The translations under genes and the position numbers were made by a program. The notes under the pieces are model-generated. The model ran no database searches and was not told the DNA's origin. It worked only from the letters and a program-made list of their open reading frames with translations. From an uncultured Verrucomicrobiae bacterium (GTDB taxonomy: Bacteria; Verrucomicrobiota; Verrucomicrobiia; Opitutales; JABDGR01), in NCBI GenBank assembly GCA_963765205.1, contig CAVXVB010000009.1, positions 1 to 64,000 on the forward strand: 64,000 nt of DNA, given 5' to 3'. Within the stretch, counting starts at the first letter, position 1. Every line of letters starts with the position of its first letter. Of the stretch, positions 53,421 through 64,000 are shown piece after piece.

Positions 53421-53625
53421 AGTTTAGCATCTACTGAATAAAGCTGCATTTTAGAAAAGGTAATGGGAGGCATTATCCGGGCGGGGGGTGATTTTCCGAG
53501 GGGAAAGACAGTTATTCACAATTGCGGGGAAGGAACGGTGTAGAATCGGCGTTAAAGGTGCTTTTTGGTGTTGCGTTGCGGGGAGCATTTCTGATTTCTA
53601 CTCACGTTTAACCCGATATCTGCTC

Positions 53626-53826
53626 ATGGCTCGCGTTCGCATGAATCGTAAAGAATTTTTGACGGGATTAGGGGCGGCGGCCGCGGCTTGCGTCGCCCGC
53701 CCGGCGGCGGCCGCGACGGCGCGTGTCGGGGCGCCGGACAAAGTCCGCGTCCTCTCCGCCGCTGGCTTGCCGATGAAAACCCGCCCGGCGGCCCGCATCG
53801 TGGCAATGCGCAGCCTCGGCGCTTGA
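53626..53826 (+). CDS. small protein with a Tat-like signal upstream of actA
   Basis: MARVRMNRKEFLTGLGAAAAAC... (66 aa) has an RK variant of the twin-arginine motif and lies 48 bp before actA. Confidence 0.55.
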   Translation: MARVRMNRKEFLTGLGAAAAACVARPAAAATARVGAPDKVRVLSAAGLPMKTRPAARIVAMRSLGA

Positions 53827-53874
53827 TTTCCCACCTCGACCAATCCACGTCACCCGACATCGAGACCTTCTTTC

Positions 53875-54540
53875 ATGGCCAACGTATTTCCCAAATGGTC
53901 CAATACCGCTCCGATCAAGCTGGTGGTCGCGCTGTTTTTGACCGTCTCCGCCGCCACGGCCGGGGTCTGGTATTACTGTTCCCCGAATTACACGAAAGTC
54001 GGCTACATGCCGACGCAGCCGGTGCCCTACAGCCATGCCCTGCACGTCGGCCAGTTGGGCCTCGATTGCCGGATGTGCCATACGTTTGTGGACCGCTCGG
54101 CGCACGCCAACATCCCCGGGCCCAGCGTATGCATGAACTGCCACAGCCCCGATTTGGGCAACATCCTGGGCGACAGCAAGGCGCTGGCCCCCATTCGCGA
54201 CAGTTACGCCAGTGGCCAGCCGGTGCCGTGGATTAAAATCCACAATGAGCCGGACTATGTCTATTTCAACCACGCTGTCCACGTGAACCGCGGCGTGTCC
54301 TGCGTCGAGTGCCACGGCCAGATCAACGAGATGGACACGGTGGCCGAGGCCAAGCCGCTCGGCATGGCGTTCTGCCTGAATTGCCACCGCAACCCCGAGC
54401 AGGTCGTCCGCCCGCTGGACAAGGTGTTTGACCTTACTTGGAAGGCCGACAGCCCGGCGGCCCAGACCGACGACGGCACGAAATTTGTCCACGACTGGAA
54501 AATCCTCCCCCCGCAAAGCTGCTCGGGGTGCCACCGGTAG
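53875..54540 (+). CDS. actA: alternative complex III pentaheme cytochrome c subunit
   Basis: TM anchor, QPVPYSH and five CxxCH motifs (CRMCH, CMNCH, CVECH, CLNCH, CSGCH). Confidence 0.92.
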   Translation: MANVFPKWSNTAPIKLVVALFLTVSAATAGVWYYCSPNYTKVGYMPTQPVPYSHALHVGQLGLDCRMCHTFVDRSAHANIPGPSVCMNCHSPDLGNILGDSKALAPIRDSYASGQPVPWIKIHNEPDYVYFNHAVHVNRGVSCVECHGQINEMDTVAEAKPLGMAFCLNCHRNPEQVVRPLDKVFDLTWKADSPAAQTDDGTKFVHDWKILPPQSCSGCHR

Positions 54541-54544
54541 GAGC

Positions 54545-54665
54545 GAATTAAGAATTATGAATTAAGAAACAAAACACACCGCGCCCTTTGCTCATCCTCG
54601 CACTTTTGCATTTTTGCTTATTAACTAGAAACTAAGAACTAGAAAACTAAGCACCAGAACACTTT
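54545..54665. repeat. AT-rich heptamer repeats in the actA-actB spacer
   Basis: gaattaa/gaattat/gaattaa and aactaga/aactaag/aactaga runs. Confidence 0.6.
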
Positions 54666-54670
54666 TCTTC

Positions 54671-57600
54671 ATGAAACTCAAATTCAACCATCCCGCGCCG
54701 AGCGCGCGTGAATTGTCCGGGCCGCGTTATTGGCGCAGCTTGGACGAATTGTCGGCGACGCCGGCATTCAAGGATTGGTTGGAGAAGGAGTTTCCCGCGG
54801 GCGCCTCGATATTGGAGAGCAACGAACGGCGCGGTTTCCTGAAGATCATGGCGGCATCGTTCGGTCTGGCCGGGTTGGGCATGGCGGGCTGCCGCCAGCA
54901 GACGCGGCACTTGCTGCCTTACTCGAAGCAACCCGACCGGGTGATTCCCGGCGTGCCGGTATTCTATACTTCCTCGCTGCCCGGCGCGGATGAACACCTC
55001 CCACTGATCGTCGAGACCCACGACGCGCGACCGACCAAAATCGAGGGTAACCCGAGTTATGCGGCTACCGGCGGGGCGACGAATGTCCACGCCCAATCGA
55101 GCATCCTTGACCTTTACGACCCCGACCGCGCCCAGCGCAGCAGCACTGCAGATGGTGTGCCGCTCTCCCCCGCACAAGTGTCGGATGTGCTGACCAAGCT
55201 TGCACGGGACTATGGCGCGAACGGCGGCGCGGGTTTGTATTTCCTGGCGGACCGGAGCAATTCGCCCACGCGCGCAGTGCTGGTGAAAAAGCTCCTCGCC
55301 CAATTCCCGAAGGCCACTTGGGCGGAATATGAGGCCATTGACCAGGCCAACCCCGAGCGCGCCGCCGAAGCGCTGACGGGCCGCCCCGCCCGCCCGATCT
55401 ACAACTTCGCGAAGGCCACCCGCGTGCTCGCGCTCGATAGTGATTTTCTCCACGGCGAACCCGGCCACCTCGCCAATGCCAAAGGATTCGCGAAAGCCCG
55501 TCGGATCCAGAACGGCACCGACGCCGATCCGGAGAAAATGATCCGGCTTTACTCGGTCGAAAGCAATTTCACCCTGACGGGCGCGAACGCCGACCACCGC
55601 CTGCGCCTGGCCACGGCCGCCATTCCGGCCTTGGCGGACTTGCTAACGGTGGAAATCCTCACCCAGATCAATGGCGGAACGAACCAGCAAGCCACAGATT
55701 TACTACAGAAGACCGGGGTAGACATGAAGTGGGTCACCGAATGCGTGAAAGACCTCGTCGCCCACGCCGGAAAAGCCATCGTCATAGCCGGGCCGCAAAT
55801 GCCGGTGGCGGTACACCAGGCGGCGTTGTTGATGAATGTGGCCTTGGGCGCAATTGGCACGACGGTTACGCTGGCGGAATTGCCCGAGCGCGGCGCGGTG
55901 GCTTCGCTGGCGGACGTCGCAAAGGCGCTGGACGCGCGCCAGGTCAAAACGCTTTTCATTCTCAACGGCAACCCCGCCTATAACGCGCCGGGCGACTTGG
56001 CGTTTGCGGACAAACTCGCCAAGTTCAAGGATGCAAAAGGCCAGATCATTCGCTACGGATATTATGGCCGGCAGGCTGACGAGACCTCTGCGCTAGCCAA
56101 CACTTTTATCGCCGGATTGCATTATTTGGAAAGCTGGGGCGACGGCCTGACATGGGACGGTTTCCATGTGCCCGTGCAGCCGATGATCATGCCGTTGTTT
56201 GAAGGCGTGAGTGAGATTGACCTGCTGGCCACGCTGGCGGGGGAGGCCAAGCCGGATGCCTACGGTTGTGTCCATGACACTTTCACGGCGATGCACCCGG
56301 GCAAGTCCTTCGAGGAATGGCTGGCGGTCGGTGTGGCTGGCATGGGCTTTGTAAAGATGAATTCCTCGGCGATCCCGGCCAGCCGGATCAATGATGTGAC
56401 CGCGGCGGCATTGCAAGCGACCTGGCCGGTGGTGGACGCGGACCACCTTGAGGTCCGTTTTGTGCCCGGCATCACCGGGGATGGCCGGTTTGCGAACAAC
56501 GGCTGGTTGCAGGAATGCCCGGACCCGATGTCAAAACTGACCTGGGACAATGCGATTTTTGTCAGTCCGAAACTGGCCAAGCAAAAATATCCCGAGTTGC
56601 TGCCCGGCGGCACGACGATGAGCAAAGGCCCCCTCGGCGTGCTTGCGCCCCAGGCGCGGAAGAACGACAACGACTTTGTGACTGGGCGGGAAATTGCGCG
56701 CGTGGCCGAAGTCACGGTCAACGGCCAGACCATCAAAGGCCCGGTCAGCATCCTGCCTGGCTTGGCCGACTATACGCTGGTGATTCATCTGGGTTATGGC
56801 CGCAAGCACGCGGGCAGCGTTGGTTCCTATGTCGGGTTCGACGCATTTCCGCTGGTCAGTTCGACGAGCCCGATGAGGTGCAGCGCGACGGGCGCCACGT
56901 TCAAATTAACGGATGACACCTATCGTCTCGCCAACGTGCAGGAACACTGGTCCATGGAAGGCCGCGCCATCATCCGCGAAGCCAGCGTGGACGACTACAA
57001 GGCGCACCCTGGATTTGTGACAGAGATGGAAGACTCGCCGCCCATTTACGGCAAGGACCAGAACCTGAGTCCGCAGGACAAGGCGACGAACAACCCGCGC
57101 GGCATGTCCATGTATGAGCCGCATCCGAACAGCGTGCCCGCGCCGAATGTGGCGGTGTGGAACACGCCGGAGGGCTTGAAGGATTTCCCGACGCCGCAGC
57201 AGTGGGGCATGAGCATTGACTTGAACACCTGCCTGGGCTGCACCGCCTGCCTGGTGGCCTGCCAGGCCGAGAACAACATCCCCATCGTCGGCAAAGACCA
57301 GGTGATGCGCGGCCGCGAGATGCACTGGATCCGCCTCGACCGTTATTTCTCGAGCGGTCCGGTCAAGGGCGCGAATGGCAAGGATGATTACACGGAAGCG
57401 AACGAGTTGCCGGAAGACCCGCAGGTCAATTTCCAAAGCGTCGCCTGCCAGCACTGCGAAATGGCTCCGTGCGAAAACGTGTGCCCCTTCATGGCCACCT
57501 TGCACGATGACTCGGGCCTCAACGTCATGGCCTACAACCGCTGCGTCGGCACCAAGTATTGCGCGAACAATTGCCCCTATAAGGTCCGCCGCTTCAACTT

Positions 57601-58132
57601 CTTTGATTGGAACAAGCGCGAGATCGGCGAATTTTACAAAGGCCCCCTCGGCCCGGACTATTACGACTCGGACGCGAGCCAGCTTACGCGGATGCAGAAG
57701 AATCCCGACGTGTCGGTGCGCATGCGCGGCGTCATGGAGAAATGCACTTATTGCGTGCAGCGCATTGAGGCGGCCAAGATCAGCGCGCGGGTCAAGGCGC
57801 GCGATTCGGGCGACACCAAGGTGGCCGACGGCGCGCTGGTGCCCGCCTGCGCGCAAGCCTGCCCGACGGACTCGATTGTCTTCGGCGATGTTTCCGACGC
57901 CAACAGCGCGGTGTCGAAAGCCAAGGCCTCCGACCGCAATTATGCGGTGCTCGGCTACCTGAACATCCGCCCGCGCACAACTTACCTCGCGAAGATCCGC
58001 AATCCCAACCCGGCCATCACCGGGCCGGGCGAGAGCGAGCAGCCGATGTCCCGCCAGGAATATGACGTGCGCTACGGACCAAAATCGGATGACGCTCCCA
58101 AGGCCGCCGCCAATGGCGCTACGAAGTCCTAA
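54671..58132 (+). CDS. actB: alternative complex III molybdopterin-oxidoreductase-like/Fe-S subunit
   Basis: YWRSLDEL, internal Tat motif [16 protein letters not shown] and C-terminal Fe-S motifs CLGCTAC, CQHC..APC..VCP, CVGTKYC...CP and CTYC...CAQACP. Confidence 0.93.
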   Translation: MKLKFNHPAPSARELSGPRYWRSLDELSATPAFKDWLEKEFPAGASILESNERRGFLKIMAASFGLAGLGMAGCRQQTRHLLPYSKQPDRVIPGVPVFYTSSLPGADEHLPLIVETHDARPTKIEGNPSYAATGGATNVHAQSSILDLYDPDRAQRSSTADGVPLSPAQVSDVLTKLARDYGANGGAGLYFLADRSNSPTRAVLVKKLLAQFPKATWAEYEAIDQANPERAAEALTGRPARPIYNFAKATRVLALDSDFLHGEPGHLANAKGFAKARRIQNGTDADPEKMIRLYSVESNFTLTGANADHRLRLATAAIPALADLLTVEILTQINGGTNQQATDLLQKTGVDMKWVTECVKDLVAHAGKAIVIAGPQMPVAVHQAALLMNVALGAIGTTVTLAELPERGAVASLADVAKALDARQVKTLFILNGNPAYNAPGDLAFADKLAKFKDAKGQIIRYGYYGRQADETSALANTFIAGLHYLESWGDGLTWDGFHVPVQPMIMPLFEGVSEIDLLATLAGEAKPDAYGCVHDTFTAMHPGKSFEEWLAVGVAGMGFVKMNSSAIPASRINDVTAAALQATWPVVDADHLEVRFVPGITGDGRFANNGWLQECPDPMSKLTWDNAIFVSPKLAKQKYPELLPGGTTMSKGPLGVLAPQARKNDNDFVTGREIARVAEVTVNGQTIKGPVSILPGLADYTLVIHLGYGRKHAGSVGSYVGFDAFPLVSSTSPMRCSATGATFKLTDDTYRLANVQEHWSMEGRAIIREASVDDYKAHPGFVTEMEDSPPIYGKDQNLSPQDKATNNPRGMSMYEPHPNSVPAPNVAVWNTPEGLKDFPTPQQWGMSIDLNTCLGCTACLVACQAENNIPIVGKDQVMRGREMHWIRLDRYFSSGPVKGANGKDDYTEANELPEDPQVNFQSVACQHCEMAPCENVCPFMATLHDDSGLNVMAYNRCVGTKYCANNCPYKVRRFNFFDWNKREIGEFYKGPLGPDYYDSDASQLTRMQKNPDVSVRMRGVMEKCTYCVQRIEAAKISARVKARDSGDTKVADGALVPACAQACPTDSIVFGDVSDANSAVSKAKASDRNYAVLGYLNIRPRTTYLAKIRNPNPAITGPGESEQPMSRQEYDVRYGPKSDDAPKAAANGATKS

Positions 58133-58167
58133 GCCCACCCCCGTCCCTGCTCCATTTTTCCACCCTC

Positions 58168-59649
58168 ATGTCGCACGCCGCCGATGATTCCACCCCAGGC
58201 CGCCCGGCCGTCCTCGCCAAGGTCAAACCCTTGACGTCGCCGTTGTTGTCGCGCAAGCCGCTGGTGTTGAATAACCGTGACTTCCACTGGATCACGGAGA
58301 AAATCTGCCGCATTGTGGAAGACCCCGCCCCGACATGGTGGTGGGTGTGCTTCCTCATCTCCGCTTCAATTGCGACGTTCCTCGGTTTCGGGCTGCTCTG
58401 GCTGGTTTCGACGGGCGTCGGCGTCTGGGGTCTGCGTTCGCCGGAATTCTGGGGCTGGGACATCGTGAACTTCGTCTGGTGGATCGGTATCGGCCACGCG
58501 GGCACGCTGATTTCCGCCATCTTGTGCCTGCTGCGGCAAAAGTGGCGCACGGCCATCAACCGTTCCGCCGAGGCGATGACGATTTTCGCCGTGATGTGCG
58601 CCGGCATCTTTCCGCTGTTCCACGTCGGGCGCGTGTGGCTGGCGTGGTGGCTGTTCCCGATTCCCAATTCGCAGGGCATGTGGCCGAATTTCCGCAGCCC
58701 ACTGGAATGGGACGTGTTCGCGGTCTCGACGTATTTCACGGTGTCGGTGCTGTTCTGGTATATGGGGATGGTGCCCGACCTCGGCACGCTGCGCGACCGC
58801 GCGGTGAAGACCTGGCGCCGGTATTTTTACGGCATCCTGGCGCTGGGCTGGCGCAACTCGACGCGCCACTGGCGCAATTACGAGATGGCCTACCTGATTC
58901 TCGCCGGGCTGTCCACGCCGCTGGTGCTGTCGGTGCACACCATCGTGTCGTTCGACTTCGCGGCGTCGCTGATTCCCGGCTGGCACACGACGATCTTCCC
59001 GCCCTATTTCGTGGCCGGCGCGATTTTCTCCGGCTTCGGCATGGTGCTGACGCTGGTGCTGCCCCTGCGCTCAATGTATAAGCTGCACGACCTCATCACG
59101 CAGCACCACATTGACTGCATGTGCAAGATCATCCTGGCGACGGGCAGCATGGTGGGCTACGCGTATGCGATGGAGTTCTTCATCGCCTGGTATGGCGGCA
59201 ACCTTTACGAAGGGTTCACGTTCATCAACCGCGCGTTCGGCCAATATGGCTGGGCTTACTTCATCATGGTCTCGTGCAATGTGATCACGCCGCAGTTGTT
59301 CTGGTTCCGCCGGGTGCGGGAGAACACCGCGCTGGTGTTCATCATCGTGCTCTTTGTCAACTGCGGCATGTGGTTCGAGCGCTTCGTCATCATTGTCACC
59401 TCGCTGGCCAACGACTTCCTGCCCTCGAGCTGGGGCTATTTCTCGCCCAGCATCGTGGACATCTTCACCTTCTTTGGCACGATGGGCTTCTTCAGCACGC
59501 TTTTTCTGCTGTTCGTCCGCTTTCTGCCGATGCTGCCCATCGGGGAAATCAAGCACGTTACGCCGGCGGCCGATCCCCATTATCATCCGGAGCCTGATGA
59601 GGCGCAGGCCCCGGTGGCGGCGCTGGCCGCGAAAGGAGGCCATTCATGA
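58168..59649 (+). CDS. actC: alternative complex III NrfD/PsrC-like quinol-oxidising membrane subunit
   Basis: [52 protein letters not shown] and GMWFERF. Confidence 0.95.
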   Translation: MSHAADDSTPGRPAVLAKVKPLTSPLLSRKPLVLNNRDFHWITEKICRIVEDPAPTWWWVCFLISASIATFLGFGLLWLVSTGVGVWGLRSPEFWGWDIVNFVWWIGIGHAGTLISAILCLLRQKWRTAINRSAEAMTIFAVMCAGIFPLFHVGRVWLAWWLFPIPNSQGMWPNFRSPLEWDVFAVSTYFTVSVLFWYMGMVPDLGTLRDRAVKTWRRYFYGILALGWRNSTRHWRNYEMAYLILAGLSTPLVLSVHTIVSFDFAASLIPGWHTTIFPPYFVAGAIFSGFGMVLTLVLPLRSMYKLHDLITQHHIDCMCKIILATGSMVGYAYAMEFFIAWYGGNLYEGFTFINRAFGQYGWAYFIMVSCNVITPQLFWFRRVRENTALVFIIVLFVNCGMWFERFVIIVTSLANDFLPSSWGYFSPSIVDIFTFFGTMGFFSTLFLLFVRFLPMLPIGEIKHVTPAADPHYHPEPDEAQAPVAALAAKGGHS

Positions 59650-60179
59650 GCGAAGAAATTTTTGGCATCATGGCGGAGTTCAAATCCCCCCATGACATTT
59701 ATGAAGGCGCCGCCAAGCTGCGCGACGCGGGCTTCAAGCGTTGGGACACCTTCACGCCCTTCCCCGTGCATGGCCTGGACAAGCAGATGGGCCTCAGCCG
59801 CTCTCATGTGCCCTGGATCGTGCTGCTGGGCGGCATCACCGGTTTCACCACCGGCGTGCTCATCACTTGGTATATGAATGGATTCGATTATCCCTTGGTG
59901 GTGGGCGGCAAGCCCTACTGGAGCATGATTTACCCGTTTCCCGTCTTGTATGAGTTGACCATTCTCTTCTCCGCCTTCGGCGCGTTCTTCGGCCAGTTCC
60001 TGCTCAACCGCCTGCCGCAGCCCTACCATGCCGTGTTTAACAGCGAGCAATTCGAGCGGTGCTCCGACAATGCCTTTTTCGTCGTAATCGAGGCGGCCGA
60101 CCCGCTCTATGACGAAGCCAAGACCCGCGCGCTGCTGGCGCAGGTCGGCGCGTTCAACATTCACCTGGTGAACAAATAA
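59646..60179 (+). CDS. actD: alternative complex III subunit (DUF3341)
   Basis: [22 protein letters not shown] and YELTILF. Confidence 0.9.
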   Translation: MSEEIFGIMAEFKSPHDIYEGAAKLRDAGFKRWDTFTPFPVHGLDKQMGLSRSHVPWIVLLGGITGFTTGVLITWYMNGFDYPLVVGGKPYWSMIYPFPVLYELTILFSAFGAFFGQFLLNRLPQPYHAVFNSEQFERCSDNAFFVVIEAADPLYDEAKTRALLAQVGAFNIHLVNK

Positions 60180-60180
60180 C

Positions 60181-60840
60181 ATGCGTTACTTCCTCGCCAT
60201 ATTTGCGTTCGCCGTGGTGGCCGTCGTGTCGGTCTACGGTTTTCGCGGCAGCAAGTCCAGCCGCGATCCACTCTTCATATTCCCGGACATGGAGTGGCAG
60301 GTCAAATACGCCGCGCAGGGTGAAAACCAGTTTTTCCCCGACGATCGGGACGACCGTCCGTTTCCCCCGGGCACCGTGCAGCGCGGCTATGGCTGGGCGA
60401 TGGGCGAGACCTTTTCGCCCACTTACGCTTACGCGCCCGCGCAGAACCCGGCCCTCTATTCCGCCCGCGACGCCAAGGGCGACTTTTACAAGGGTTTCCC
60501 GGTCCATGTTACCGCCGACTTCATTGAGTTGGGCCACCAGAAGTTCAACATCTTTTGCATGGTCTGCCATGGCGCCACCGGCAACGGCAACGGTGTCACC
60601 AAGATGGGTTATAAAATGACCACCGTGCGCGACCTGACCGACGACTACACCCGCGCCAAGACCGAGGGTGAAATTTTCACCACCATCACCTACGGCCACG
60701 GCAAAATGGGCCCCTACGGCGACCGCCTCACCCCCATTGAGCGCTGGGCGGTCGTCTCCTACGTCCGCTCCCTCCAATTGGCCGGCAACGCCACTCCGGA
60801 CGAGGTGCCGGAGGCGGAACGCGCCAAACTCGGCCTATGA
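60181..60840 (+). CDS. actE: alternative complex III monoheme cytochrome c
   Basis: FPDMEWQ, PPGTVQRG, CMVCH and MGPYG..ERWAVVSYVR. Confidence 0.88.
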   Translation: MRYFLAIFAFAVVAVVSVYGFRGSKSSRDPLFIFPDMEWQVKYAAQGENQFFPDDRDDRPFPPGTVQRGYGWAMGETFSPTYAYAPAQNPALYSARDAKGDFYKGFPVHVTADFIELGHQKFNIFCMVCHGATGNGNGVTKMGYKMTTVRDLTDDYTRAKTEGEIFTTITYGHGKMGPYGDRLTPIERWAVVSYVRSLQLAGNATPDEVPEAERAKLGL

Positions 60841-62168
60841 ACTCTTCCACCGCCACTCCCTCCCTATCCAGCGCCGCCACCACCAGCAGCGCGGAGAATC
60901 CGCTTGCGACCCGTGCGCTCATCGTCGGTGTCATCGGGTTGGTCGTCGCCCTGATGGGCCTGTTCATGGGCGGCAGCGCCGCGGACCCCGCGCGCCCGTT
61001 CCTGGGCTACCTGCTCGGGTTTGGCTTCTGGCTCTCGATGTTCATCGGGATGCTGATGCTGGTCATCATGTTTTACCTCTTTGACGCCGGTTGGCCCATT
61101 GTGATCCGCCGCCAGTTGGAGCACGCGCTCGCGGTCATCCCCTGGCTCGCGCTTTGTTTTGTGCCGCTGCTGCTGCTGGCGCTCGGCCTGTTTCCCGGCC
61201 ACGCGCACGGCCTGCTCTGGCCATGGCTCGACCCGTCGCAACCGCTGATTGGCGAGCCAGGCAAGACCATCGGCGAGGATCCGCTCTTCATCCACAAGGC
61301 AGCATTCCTGAGCCTGCCGTTTTTCGTGTTGCGCCTGGCGGTCTATTTGACGGTGTTCTGGGGGCTGTCGCATGTATTTCGCAAGAATTCCTTTGCGATG
61401 GATCGCGACCCACGACCGGAATACGTCATCCGCTGCCGCAAATTCGCCGCCGTCGGCGTCTATTGCGTCGCGCTGTCGCTGACGTTTGCGGCCTTCGACC
61501 TGTTCATGAGCCTCGCCTACACCTGGTTCTCGACCATGTATGGGGTGTGGTTCTTTGCGACCTCGATGCGGTGCGGCATCGCCGGGACCATTCTGATCTG
61601 CTTTTATATGAGCGCGAAGCCCGGCCGCCCGCTCTACGGCATCTACAACCGCGCCCATCAATACCTGCTTGGTTGCCTGGCGCTGACGTTCACGGTCTTC
61701 TACGCCTACGTCACCTTTTGCCAATACTTCCTCATTTATAACGCCGACATTCCCGAGGAGACCTTCTGGTATAACCTGCGCGAGTTGACCGTGAATTGGA
61801 CGCTGAACTCCTGGTGGTGGGTCAGCCTGGCCATTATCTTTGGCTACTTCTTCCTCCCGTTCTTTTTCCTGCTCAATTACCACACCAAGGTTTCGCGCCG
61901 CGTGCTGCCGTGTGTCGCCGCGTGGGTGCTCTGCTTCCATATTGTGGATCTTTATTTCAACATTTTACCGGGCAAAATCGCCGATGACAGCCCGGGCAGC
62001 GTGCTGCATTACACGGTCCGCGAATTCCGCCCCGAGATTTGGGACCTCGCTTCACTGGTTGGCATTGGCGGCATTTGCGTCTGGGCCTTCCTGCGTTCGC
62101 AAACCAAGGCCGAAGCCATCCCCATCCACGACCCGCGCATCGAGGAGTCGCTGAATTATCATGAGTGA
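60837..62168 (+). CDS. actF: alternative complex III membrane subunit
   Basis: About 10 TM helices; DLFMSL..TWFSTMYG and QYFLIYNADIPEET; position after actE. Confidence 0.88.
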   Translation: MNSSTATPSLSSAATTSSAENPLATRALIVGVIGLVVALMGLFMGGSAADPARPFLGYLLGFGFWLSMFIGMLMLVIMFYLFDAGWPIVIRRQLEHALAVIPWLALCFVPLLLLALGLFPGHAHGLLWPWLDPSQPLIGEPGKTIGEDPLFIHKAAFLSLPFFVLRLAVYLTVFWGLSHVFRKNSFAMDRDPRPEYVIRCRKFAAVGVYCVALSLTFAAFDLFMSLAYTWFSTMYGVWFFATSMRCGIAGTILICFYMSAKPGRPLYGIYNRAHQYLLGCLALTFTVFYAYVTFCQYFLIYNADIPEETFWYNLRELTVNWTLNSWWWVSLAIIFGYFFLPFFFLLNYHTKVSRRVLPCVAAWVLCFHIVDLYFNILPGKIADDSPGSVLHYTVREFRPEIWDLASLVGIGGICVWAFLRSQTKAEAIPIHDPRIEESLNYHE

Positions 62169-62643
62169 CCACGACGAAACCCCTTCCAAGGTGACGCTGC
62201 CCCGCTGGTTCTTTTCCGCGGCGGGTGTTGTCGGCAGCATTGTCATCATCATGGTGGTGCTGGCCGTCGCTTATAATTTTTCCCGTCCGAAAGTGACGGT
62301 GGACGCCGACATCGCCGCCCAGCGCCTGAAAACGCTCGCCGATGTGAAGGCCGCCCAGGCGGACCTTTACGACAATTACTCGGTGGTGGATCTCAAGAAG
62401 GGCATCGTCCGCATCCCTGTGGCCGAAGCCGTGAAGATCGAGGCGGCCAAGCTCGACGCCGCCACGCGCGGCGAGCCGGAGCCGCCCGTCCGACTTTCCC
62501 TGGCCGCATCGCCTGCCGGGTTTACCCCGCCGGCGCCACTGCCGCCCCCGGCCCCCGCTCCCGCGGCGGGCACCGCACCCGCCCCGGCCGCCGGCACGGC
62601 TCCAACGCCGGCACCCGCCGCGTCGTCCGCGACCGTCCAGTAA
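62161..62643 (+). CDS. small single-TM ACIII subunit (ActG-like)
   Basis: One TM helix, YSVVDLKKGIVRIPVAEA motif and a Pro/Ala tail; overlaps the actF stop. Confidence 0.6.
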   Translation: MSDHDETPSKVTLPRWFFSAAGVVGSIVIIMVVLAVAYNFSRPKVTVDADIAAQRLKTLADVKAAQADLYDNYSVVDLKKGIVRIPVAEAVKIEAAKLDAATRGEPEPPVRLSLAASPAGFTPPAPLPPPAPAPAAGTAPAPAAGTAPTPAPAASSATVQ

Positions 62644-62685
62644 CATTTTTCCATTCAATATTTTTGCACGCGTCTCCGCGTCCGC

Positions 62686-64000
62686 ATGTGCCCTTGCGAA
62701 TCACTGGTTAAGGAAATAGACCCGCGCCCCGATGCCACCCAATCGGAGCCGGTTCTGCTTGGCCAGATTGACGCTTCGCTGCGCGGTCCGGTCGTGCTGT
62801 TCTTCTGGAAGGCGCTCGGTTGGCTGCTGGTGGGCACGGTGCTGGGCCTCATTGCCGCGGTCAAGCTGGTGAATCCGGATTTTCTTGCCGGCAGTGAATA
62901 TTTAACCTACGGCCGGGTATTTCCCGCCGCGATCGACTCTTTGGTTTACGGTTGGGGTTGCCAGGCGGTGTTTGCGGTGGCGCTTTGGTTGATGGCACGC
63001 TTGTGCCGCACGCAGGTGAAGCACCTCGGCGTGCTTTATGTGGCCTGGGCGTTTTGGAATCTCGCCGTGTTTTGCGGCGTGGTGAGCATCTTGGTCGGGG
63101 GGGCGACGGGGATGCCCGCGCTGGACCTGCCCCCGCAAGTCACACCGTTGTTAGGCTTCAGCTATGTGATGATTGCGATGTGGGGCGTGCTGTGCTTTCA
63201 TTACCGCGCACCCGGCCCGGTGTATGTCTCGCAATGGTTCCTGCTGGCGGCTTTGTTATTGTTTCCCTGGATTGGTTTTACCGCCGAGATGATGATTTTC
63301 TACGCGCCCGCGCGCGGCGTGGTGCAATCGCTCGTCAACGCCTGGTATGTGAACGACCTGCTCTGGGTGTGGTTTGCGCCGGTGGCGCTGGCGGTGATTT
63401 ATTACTTGCTGCCCAAAGTCCTTGGCCGGTCGATTTTCAGCTATTATCTTTCGATTATCGCGTTTTGGACGCTGATCATGTTCGGCGGATGGGCCGGGCC
63501 GCATTACCTGGTTTACGGCCCCGTCCCCGTTTGGGTGCAGACGGTCGGCATCGTCGGCAATATCATGTTGATCGTGCCCGTGATCGTCGTGTCGCTAAAC
63601 CTGCTGGTCACCGCCGGGCAGGACCTGCCGGGTGTCTGGCGGAGCGCCGTTCTGCGCTTTGCCGTGTTTGGTGCGGTGGCTTTTATATGCGCCGGCTTCT
63701 TTGGCGCCTGGGCCTCGATGCGCAACATCAGCCTCGTCGTCAACCTCACGCAATTCACGCTCGGCCACGCCTTCAACCTGTTTTACGCGTGCTTCTCGAT
63801 GGCGATGTTTGCCGCGATGTATTACATCATCCCGCGCGTGCTCGGCCGGGAATGGCCGTCGGCGATCCTGATCAAAGCGCATTTTTGGTCGTCGGCGCTC
63901 GGCAGCGCGGCGCTGGTGCTGGGGCTTTATTTTTTGGGCTGGCGGCAGGGCGTGGACATCAACAACCCCGAGATTGACTTCATCGCGATTGTCAAGGAAG
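62686..64000 (+). CDS. cbb3-type oxidase subunit I (CcoN)-like protein, degenerate, runs off the window
   Basis: Open frame from ATG 62686 (absent from the ORF track): LTYGRVFP, YVSQWF, YYLLPK.LGRSIFSYYLS..AFW, WAGPH, PVPVWVQ and YYIIPR...HFW. Confidence 0.85.
   Translation, partial: MCPCESLVKEIDPRPDATQSEPVLLGQIDASLRGPVVLFFWKALGWLLVGTVLGLIAAVKLVNPDFLAGSEYLTYGRVFPAAIDSLVYGWGCQAVFAVALWLMARLCRTQVKHLGVLYVAWAFWNLAVFCGVVSILVGGATGMPALDLPPQVTPLLGFSYVMIAMWGVLCFHYRAPGPVYVSQWFLLAALLLFPWIGFTAEMMIFYAPARGVVQSLVNAWYVNDLLWVWFAPVALAVIYYLLPKVLGRSIFSYYLSIIAFWTLIMFGGWAGPHYLVYGPVPVWVQTVGIVGNIMLIVPVIVVSLNLLVTAGQDLPGVWRSAVLRFAVFGAVAFICAGFFGAWASMRNISLVVNLTQFTLGHAFNLFYACFSMAMFAAMYYIIPRVLGREWPSAILIKAHFWSSALGSAALVLGLYFLGWRQGVDINNPEIDFIAIVKE

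Noticed and set aside
62952..63977. 341-aa ORF from the track as the last gene
   Set aside because: Wrong frame; the real coding frame starts at 62686 and runs past the window end.
1..64000. tRNA/rRNA genes, IS transposases
   Set aside because: None recognised by eye; a covariance-model or ISfinder search would be needed to exclude them.

Overview
Most of this window (about 5675-64000) reads as a GC-rich Verrucomicrobiota (Opitutales-like) chromosome segment. That assignment is inferred from the PEP-CTERM proteins and the ACIII operon layout. It contains: (i) a giant, repeat-built PEP-CTERM surface protein of at least ~7,800 aa (198-bp then ~348-bp repeats, a few single-base frameshifts) followed by a smaller paralog; (ii) a housekeeping block (GH2 lipoprotein, CbiX-like chelatase, Pal/OmpA, prmC, pilC-like, Lpd-like flavoprotein, transglutaminase-like, O-antigen ligase, alpha/beta hydrolase, rsmA, trpC, mazG-like, M48 peptidase); (iii) two candidate defence/DNA-modification modules; and (iv) a complete alternative complex III operon (actA-G) followed by a CcoN-like gene that has lost most of its metal-ligand histidines. 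The first module pairs a DpnA-like GATC methylase with a DpnI-like methyl-GATC-dependent nuclease, and tight GATC clusters plus a start-codon hairpin sit upstream of these genes. The second is a low-GC three-gene island (ParB-fold protein, PD-QxK nuclease-like protein, Dam-family methylase) inserted between trpC and rsmA. The first ~5.67 kb is indel-rich and looks like foreign, chimeric sequence (recombinase fragments, ftsH, apbE, FMN-binding protein) joined mid-gene to the giant repeat protein. All assignments come from motif recognition by eye; no database searches were run.
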